From Ranitomeya imitator (Eukaryota): a stretch of DNA of 64,000 nucleotides. A program made the translations under genes and the position numbers. Under the pieces are notes generated by a model. The model saw only the letters and a program-made list of their open reading frames with translations. It did not search any database and was not told where the DNA came from. Each line of letters starts with the position of its first letter. Position 1 is the stretch's first letter. Positions 56,601 to 64,000 of the stretch are shown piece after piece. The DNA lies in contig NC_091290.1 in the NCBI RefSeq assembly GCF_032444005.1, positions 133,858,001 through 133,922,000 on the forward strand, written 5' to 3'.

Positions 56601-59600
56601 GGTTTGACGGCGGTTTTGGTGCCAAAACCTTATAAACTTGAATCCAATTTTTCTTTTTAAGCGCTAAACTTTATCAGCATGCACAATAAACAAATGTACT
56701 CTGACAAAAACGCAGCAATGAAAACGCAGCAAAAACACGACATGTGAACATTGCCTTATGGCTGGCAATAAAGGTGCCAGGTAGCGGGCGCGTATTTGGC
56801 ATCTATGTATGGGCTTTTGTGAAAGGTTTGTTTTTCTCACGATAATCACATGTCTAATTTCCGCAATATCAGTAGGATAGCCCATCACTTTGAGTATTGG
56901 GGTTCTGACCTCTGGGATTACTGAGCATTAAAGTTTCTGCACCGCTACGCCAGCACCGCAGCAGTTTTGTTTTTTCCATTCCTTGGTGATTGGTCCGGTC
57001 ACCGATGTGCTAAGAAGTTGGAGAAGAGCTGCTCGGTTGAATTGCAAATCTGCCCCTTTCCTTTTCAGGGTGTTCCAAAGGTCAGACCCTCACCAAACAC
57101 AAAGTGATGGCAGATTCTATACCCTGATGTACTGTATGTATTGTATCGAGCGAGATGGTGGCTTCAGTTTTGTGCATAATTTACTGTGCTATGTCAGAGA
57201 ATTAATTTTTTATTTTTTCCTGAGCAGGATGATTGCAAAAACAGTAAAAAGGTAAGAGTAGCTCTATAAACATTGCGTTAATGCCGCATCACATTTTCTT
57301 TTTCCTGTATCCNNNNNNNNNNNNNNNNNNNNNNNNNNNNNNNNNNNNNNNNNNNNNNNNNNNNNNNNNNNNNNNNNNNNNNNNNNNNNNNNNNNNNNNN
57401 NNNNNNNNNNNNNNNNNNNNNNNNNNNNNNNNNNNNNNNNNNNNNNNNNNNNNCACGTCTGACAGCCATTCCAGTGTCAGTTGAATTCCAACCAGATTAC
57501 GCCTCATTCTTCTTAATGTGCCTCAGATTAGGTGATCACCTGAGCCAAATCTTATTTAACGAAGGAAAGAATACAAAACCCTGCTGTGGTGATCACAATC
57601 CTCTTGCAATAGGACAAGCTGGATGGCAAAACAAGTGCTAGTAATATCCCAAAAGTCATAGGAATGAAAAAATAACTTTTAACCATGCAAAGGAGTTGAA
57701 AAGAAAAGTCTTGAGTGAGTAAAAGAAGGGCTCAATTCTGGCTTTACTAGCAGAGGGACACAGTTAGCGTCATGTTGCCTCCATCCTTAAATTTTCTAAG
57801 ATGGCGGTTAATTACAACAAGGTCAAGCAGCAGACATTGGGGATGACAAAGCTACAGACCGGCAGAGGGCAAAAATGACGCTCCACTGACCTGGATGACC
57901 GTCATCTTATCTTATTTGAATGTCACTCAGCAGCCGCAGGATGACATCAAGTGACCTACAAAAGAAATGGCAGCAGGGGTGAAGAGCACGGCAAGAACAG
58001 TTCGCAGCAGGCTCCTATAGGCATGTAAAGCTAGAAAAAAATCCTTTCATCAATGAGAAGCAAAGGAGAGCCAGGCTGAAGTTTGCCAAAGACCACAAGG
58101 GTTGGACCATAGAGGACTGGAGTAAGGTAATCTTCTCTGATGAGTCTAATATTCAGCTTTGCCCAACACCTGGTCGTCTAAGGCCGGGATCACACTACAG
58201 CGAGAGACGGCCGAGTCTCGCAGGTTAAAACCAAGCTCTGGCACCGGCACTCCGGAGCGTGCAGCCGCATAGCAACACATGAAGTACAACTCGTCCCGCT
58301 AAACACAAGCCCTCACATGGCCGTATTGATGGAAAAATAAAAATGTTATGGATCTGGGAAGAAGGGGAGCAAAAAACAAAAACGCAAAACAAAAAAAAGC
58401 TCCGGCCATGAAGGGGTTAATTTTTGCCAGAGCTGTATATTTAGAGAGATATAATTTTTATTTATTTTATTTTTTATTTTTAACACCAGAGGGGACTTCT
58501 ATACATGATGCCAAGTATTTGTTCCTCTCCATGGCACATATGCCAGTGATGTTGGCTTTGGTTTGATAACGTCCTGAGAGCCATGGGCTACGCTGTATGT
58601 TCAGCTCCTTTTGGGACTGGTCTGGTGCCAATAGCTTCTTACACAATTTTTTTTTTTTTTTCCTCCAGGATTTATTTTATTTTAATGCCCATATTATTTT
58701 TTTTTTTTTTTTGTTAATAAGGAGATTTACAAATTTTCTCTTCCTTTTAGACAACATAAATTTAGACTACACAATCTTAGAATGCACAAAATTTATCACA
58801 CTGTTTCATGCTGGATGAAAAATTTGGTGCATTTTTGGAACATCGAAGTCGGCTTCTTTAAAGCACTGTGCCACATTTCGGGACAAAAAAAAGTGAAAAA
58901 AAAGTTTCTAAAACACAATAAAAATGGTGCAATGCAAAATGAGGCCAGAATTCGGACTCCTTTCAATTAATAAATGTCATCTAGTGTGAAAACTTTTTTT
59001 TCTGTTGCATTTTCTGTTTTTCAGTCATGTTCTTGAACGATTCCTTTTAGAATCAAATGATTTGCGATGTGGAATAAGAAAAATGTCACCCCCCAAAAAA
59101 TCAAGATTTTAATTTTTTTTTTTTCTTAAATGTCTGGGAGAAATGTGTTTTTTTTTTTTTTTTAAAGTAATATTTTCTCACTGACCGACCAGCAGCCTTT
59201 GGCCTCAGCGACGTTTGTTTTGCTGCAAAAATTCAGTGTATTGTTTGTTTTGTTTTTTTTTTTTTCTCTGTCCCCAGAAAATCTCTTCTTCACTTGGCAG
59301 CAGTCCTTGAAAATCAGCGTTGCCTGCCCATCGGCCTTGTATACTCTCCACATCGCTGGCAGCCTGCCCTGCCCAGATTAAATATAATTTCCGATATTTC
59401 TAATTACAACGTCTTGTAATTATTGTTTTCTTTTAATGGTGTCTTGTGCCTCTTCCTCCTTCCCCCGCACCTTGTATCTTCTCTGTGCTGGTTATTTCCT
59501 CCCTGGCTGTATACATGCTCGGGGCGGCAGCATCGATAATTATCACAATGTAGCTCACTATTCCACATGGCGGAACACTCCGGTGTATAATTTAATCTTT

Positions 59601-61930
59601 GAAAGCACACGTGACTCTTCCATTTCATCACTTTAACCGCAATTAGTTAAGATGAGTACCCAAAGACAAAAGATCATGGGGCTTCTCGCTAACCTTCAGA
59701 CAGTAGCAGAGGTAACAAAGTAATAAATGATCAAAGGATCAGACTACACAAGGTTTGTTTGTAGTCTGTAACCATGGAGACACATAAGCGTGCAAAAGAG
59801 CTGTAGTACCAAGCTAATTTTATTTTATTTTTTTGTGTGTAAAACTGCTTTATTTTGTTACTTTTGATCTGATTGTAAAATTGTTCTTGAGATGAATGCC
59901 TACAAAGCGGGTTGGCATGATGAGTATGATACAAAAGTGTTAGAAACCAGAGCGTCGCAGCTTCCTGTTTAAAGGGCTGTGGAGTCGCAGACGGGTCAAA
60001 GAGGCAAAATTGCCCACTGCAAAAGAGACCTGTAGCGAGGATGGGAGATGTATTATGGAGGAAGGTGGCCTGGTCTGATGAATCATGATCCCTGGAGGAC
60101 AAAAGACTTAAGGGATCACTCTCAGAAGTGGAGTCCATTCATCGATGGGTCATGGCTGGCACAATGGAGACCTACCCAATATATGGGCCTAATATTATGG
60201 CTGATCGGTGTAACCCGACTGCCCAATTCCCTTCTCATAGTATGTAGACGGGATGTTCTCATCATGCATTAGCATAAGGTAAGAGAAATTCTCACCATGT
60301 TATTTTCTTTTTTTTTTTTTTCTTCCAGGATGTCTTAATATCAACATCATCCAATTCATCCAGGTAATGGCCTCTTTTATAAAACTTTTTTTTTTCTTTC
60401 TACACCTAAAGGTGAATGTCACATTATAAGGGACCCAGAATTACTGTAACGTGTGGATCGCTGAAGAGACAGGAGGATGTAATTCTGATGTCTCCCTTCA
60501 CTCCCTGCCTCCCCTGCAGTAACCCCAATAAATGACACGTGTCCGGTATGCTTGAAAGCTCTTTAAGAGTCCACTGTCAGAATTTAGGAGTCCGGAGGAG
60601 GGGGGATTACAATACAGGACAATGGTTATTTGCTGAGCTACTGCAGGGAAATGGAGACCAGAGATAAAAATGGACATCCTTGTCTCTACCACAATCAGAA
60701 CAATATAGTAGTTTAGGACAGTTTTTCATGACAATGTATTATTTCAACAACCCCTTTAAGTGTAACTAATTTACATCCACTTATAATAATGTTGTCCTAA
60801 AGCAGAGACTTTAGGTGTTGCTACCTTATGGTTATTCCTCTCCGTTCACTTGAGGGACAGATGTGTGACCTCTTGTTTTTGGGATTGAAGGTAGACCCCT
60901 ACTGATCAAACATTGGTCACCTATCCTGTGGACGTTGGTGAGATAACCCCTTTAAGGGCCTAGTCACACACTTTTTATGAAAATAAATATATATATATCA
61001 CTTTTGCAATTTACGGCTAAGGCTACTTTCACACTAGCGTCGTACTCGGTCCGTCGCAGTGCGTCGGGCTGACGTACCGACGCTAGCAGTGAATGCGCCG
61101 CACAACGGTGCAGCGGATGCATTTTTGCAGCGCATCCGCTGCCCCATTGTGAGGTGCGGAGAGGTGGGGGAGGATTTCCGGCCGCTCATGCGCGGTCGGA
61201 AATGGCGGACCGTCGGAAGCAAAAAATGTTACATGTAACGTTTTTTGCTCCCGGCGGTCCGCCACAACACGACGCAACCGTCGCACGACGGTTGCGATGT
61301 GTGTCAATGCGTCGCTAATGTTAGTCTATGGGGCAAAAACGCATCCCGCAGACAACTTTACAGGATGCGTTTTTTTCCCCTAAACAACGCATTGCGACGT
61401 ATTGAAAACAATGCTAGTGTGAAAGTAGCTTTAGTAAAATTTACAGCTGTTCCTGAGATATTACCACTTCTCTTTTGTTGACAGCTCTTTGCTTAGGAGG
61501 CCGACCACCACTGCTGTCTAGTTTGTAAGCCTTGCATTGAAGCTGGCCGGGACGAGGAGGTATCAGTACACCACAGTGATGCTGGTTAGCTTCAGTGCAG
61601 CACTTAAATGCTCTTTTCTGTGGCGCTTGTAAGCTCTGCACATGTTCTGCTGTATCTAGCAGCGGTGGTCTGTTTCCATGGAAACGAGATGTACACAAGT
61701 GTTAATATGTGAAGAACAGCTTAAAATTTTAACAGGCAGGCAATTAAAAACTGGCTTACATTTGCAATTGCTCTCCGACAATATGGGATTAACCTCCTTA
61801 AGGTGCTTCGAATATGCGTGTCTTCTGTTCTCCACACAGTTCATGGAGCAATTGGCTGATCCCCGCCGTGGCCGTGTTGCTTCTGGGCTTGATGTATCGT
61901 TTTTACTCTGTGGACAGCCGCTCGTCGTGA
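41669..61930 (+). CDS. CYB5B: Outer mitochondrial membrane cytochrome b5 type B (140 aa, 5 exons)
   Basis: join(41669-41812,55604-55732,57228-57251,60329-60363,61840-61930), total 423 nt. [17 protein letters not shown]|HPGGEEVL...FEDVGHS heme ligands, C-terminal [20 protein letters not shown]. Confidence 0.95.
41937..42918. repeat. Modular CpG-rich minisatellite (19/30/37-bp units), CYB5B intron 1
   Basis: Basic unit CCCCGGTATAATGGGGCGT with inserted CCGGTATATGG and TCTCC(GG/ACT) modules. Confidence 0.93.
42920..44810 (+). mobile_element. Degenerate 5'-truncated CR1 LINE split by a Tc1 insertion
   Basis: 42920-43218 encodes decayed EYCV.FWAP.FK...VQRRATRMV...LGMFSL. 44650-44810 is a CR1 3' end (GGGTTGGACTAGATGACCCTGGAGGTCCCTTCCAA). 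Confidence 0.8.
43219..44648 (-). mobile_element. Tc1/mariner element with disabled transposase
   Basis: TIR CAACCCCTGGCAATAATTATGGAATC after TA at 43217-43218; partial opposite TIR GGTGATTCCATAATTTTT at 44619-44636. ORF 44096-44497 has the paired-like HTH and GRPR; catalytic remnants FSD*, MIWGCM and FQDDNA carry a nonsense change and frameshifts. Confidence 0.92.
44945..45630. repeat. 43-bp minisatellite (~16 copies plus degenerate upstream units)
   Basis: Unit GGATCTGTCACCAGGAAGGC(A/T)CATGGCTGTGGGAACCTCTGTA. Confidence 0.93.
45962..46756 (-). mobile_element. Non-autonomous Helitron (795 bp)
   Basis: Minus strand starts TCTACTATAT and ends CTAG; inserted between A and T with no TSD. Subterminal hairpin CCCGAT-N8-ATCGGG at 45973-45992. 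Confidence 0.85.
47450..48035. mobile_element. Foldback insertion with asymmetric inverted arms (Penelope-like?)
   Basis: Arms 47536-47705 and 47867-48030 are reverse complements. Flanked by direct repeat TAACACCCAAA at 47439-47449 and 48036-48046. Confidence 0.75.
51336..51590 (-). mobile_element. CR1 LINE 3'-end fragment
   Basis: (ACATAGT)n tail followed by TAAGGTTGAAGGAAGACT; reverse of a CR1-type 3' UTR ending in (ACTATGT)n. Confidence 0.65.
51838..52760 (+). mobile_element. Young 5'-truncated CR1 LINE (RT C-terminus intact)
   Basis: Open frame ADDTKL...[17 protein letters not shown]...[13 protein letters not shown]...[12 protein letters not shown] to the stop at 52656; 3' tail ACTATGTTACTATGT. 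Confidence 0.95.
53775..54965. repeat. 86-bp satellite, ~13-14 copies (CYB5B intron 1)
   Basis: Same unit as 21345-21690; ORF starts in the track are spaced exactly 86 bp apart. Confidence 0.95.
56111..56451. mobile_element. MITE related to the 20209-20570 element
   Basis: TIRs GGCTATGTGCACA...TGTGCACATAGCC followed by TAA. Confidence 0.8.
57313..57453. other. Assembly gap (141 N)
   Basis: Run of N in CYB5B intron 3. Confidence 1.
57470..58180 (+). mobile_element. Degenerate, truncated Tc1/mariner element (second family)
   Basis: Decayed transposase from ~57685: [11 protein letters not shown]..., [37 protein letters not shown]. It is cut off at ~58180, where a MITE-like end (GGCCGGGATCACAC) begins. 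Confidence 0.85.
61021..61431. mobile_element. MITE (PIF/Harbinger-like), CYB5B intron 4
   Basis: TIRs GGCTACTTTCACACTAGC...GCTAGTGTGAAAGTAGCT, TAA/TAG flanks. Confidence 0.8.
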
Positions 61931-64000
61931 GCGTTACCATAACCTGAACCTACCATAAGCTGCCGGAGTCTTCACGCACAAGAAAACGAGCAGGATCCGA
62001 AGCACAGAGAAGAAACGTCCCACCTCTCTGCCACATCCAAAAAGTCCAAACTTGAGCCGAACCTCCTCATTTTATATCAGTGACCAAGACCTTTTCCTCC
62101 ATCCCGTGTGCCTGTGTCGTGACTTTAGCCCTATCTAAACTCTGGATATTCTTACAGGGCCTTTCTATCATGGAGCATGCCTCGTACCCAATAATCTTAC
62201 AAATTTGAAAGTTTGTCTCCGTATGAAAAGTTTTTTTTTTTGTTTTTTTTTTTTGTGCTGACTTCAAAATTCTGCTGGTTTCCATTGGAAACAGACTACA
62301 CGGTTCACCCTGTTGTCAGACATGTGATTTATAGCCCCTCTGACTTCTAAGATCCCATACTGGAAGCTGGCAGAATTCTGAATGAAAAAAGCCACAGTAA
62401 TATAAAGTTCCCCAACTTGTTCTTTGCTGTAAGTTTGGAAGTGGAACTCCCCTTTAATTATCTACATTTTCGGGTATCGGTGGTCTTCTGGGTTGCTGGG
62501 ATGGTGCTTCGTATGCATGTCGGGGACCACATAATTCAGTATTTCAGACCCCTTAATTGCTGTGTGTGAATGAGTCTCTTTGCTTTTTCAATAATGAAAA
62601 CTGTCGTCATCAATGTCATCTGTACACTAAAAGCCATAACTAAAATTCTTCAGCCATCACTAATTTTAATAAACTCCTTCTCCTGGGGCTCATTTGTGAG
62701 TCACTTGTTGCACAGTGTATTTTTTTTGCCATAGGATATGTTCTTTTTCTGCACTAAAAAACATTTGAAAAAAAAAACGTACGTTCAGCTGTTTCTTTTC
62801 CGCATGTTTTTTTTTTTTTTAAAGCGCAAATCCACAAAAGGTACCTGAATTTCCATCGCAGGTAACAGTTCAAATTCGCGTCAGATTGTTTTTTTTTTTT
62901 TGTTTACTCCGTGTGAAAGGTACTCTTGCAAATTTGCTGGTGCTCAATTAAACTTTTTATGTGTAATACATCACATATTAGATCTTCAGTATCACTGCCA
63001 GTGAGGTGAGTATTGCTTCTTTTATTTTTCTTAACGTATTTGTGGTATCGTTTTTTTTTTTTGTTTTTTTTTTTATTTAAAGGGGCAAAATAATCCCCAG
63101 ATTTCACAAAACAAACCGTACACATTAAATATGCCTTAGACCTGATGAGGCTGTTATATTTACTCTTAAAATCTGTTTAAAATGGCTGTAGATTTTTTTT
63201 ATATATATTTTTGTCTTAATATCTTAAGGTGCATTTTAGGAGTCCGTTATGTTCATTTTAAATTTAGGATTTTACAGCAGCTCTGACAATGAGTATCATA
63301 TCATTTCATTCACTAGCCTCATCAGGTGTAAGATCTATTTATTAAAGGGGTACTAATTTTTTTTCTTCTTCAGGAGGGAAGAGGGAACCTGTATATTTAT
63401 GATCAAACCCAGGGACATCGAGTGCACTGCTCTCCCATATTAACATACTAGATGCTATAGGATCGGCCATTGCTCCCTATGGTGGGCTGTCTGGTATGAC
63501 TTATGGTTGTATATTTGCACGCTGCTTGTTTCTTCAGGTCTTCTTCATTCTTCTTGCCCGATGTCATCCTGTATCAGTATGTTGCCCCCCCAAGTCTTCC
63601 TCCTACTCATTCATAAAAGGTTTGTTTACCATTTTCGTGCCTTTTTCTCCCCCCTCCCGTTACGTTCTCTCGTGAGACAGAGCCCCTTGTGTGTGGCCAA
63701 GTCTCGCACAGTAAATGTTTGTTTGGTCGGTCACCGCTCACACAATGAGGCTCTGTGAAGTGTGTAAGTTTGTCAGTACGATTGTCTCCGTGCCATCCGA
63801 GTGACAATGATGGGGCATGTGCTGAACGCTCTGCCTACATAGAAAGTATTCTTCGCACTCGCCGTACTGCATTCTCCGTCGTCTTACCGTGGCTGCTTCC
63901 CAATGCTGGTGGACCACGTCCATCTACGTGCACAATGGAGATCCATACACTCATTTCTTTGGCGTTATTCTCTTTTGGAACTGGTATGTTTGGCAGCATC

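Noticed and set aside
63140-63327. 13-bp inverted repeat containing CTGATGA (hammerhead-like)
   Set aside because: No correctly spaced GAAA with pairing stems; too short to call.

Overview
This is eukaryotic vertebrate DNA, most likely from a neobatrachian (hyloid-type) frog; the taxon is inferred from the repeat families and protein divergence. The window holds the conserved gene cluster VPS4A(+), PDF(-), COG8(-), NIP7(+), TMED6(-), TERF2(-), CYB5B(+). All seven spliced coding models were reconstructed by hand with GT-AG junctions and consistent exon phases; the first TERF2 exon is tentative. Introns carry many minisatellites and nested transposable elements: CR1, L2, V-SINE, Tc1, a non-autonomous Helitron and MITEs. 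The very long ORFs in the track are artefacts of stop-free tandem repeats. No wholly new gene system is evident. The strongest second-look items are: (1) a 7x49-bp tandem array of co-oriented CTCF plus forkhead motifs beside the TERF2/CYB5B promoter; (2) a 14x21-bp coding repeat in the TERF2 hinge that toggles SQ/GQ (ATM/ATR-type) sites; (3) TERF2 and CYB5B start codons possibly only 35 bp apart around a perfect PAR-bZIP palindrome; (4) splice architecture allowing in-frame COG8-PDF fusion or a COG8/PDF shared transcript; (5) a COG8 splice donor that is itself the first unit of a VNTR.
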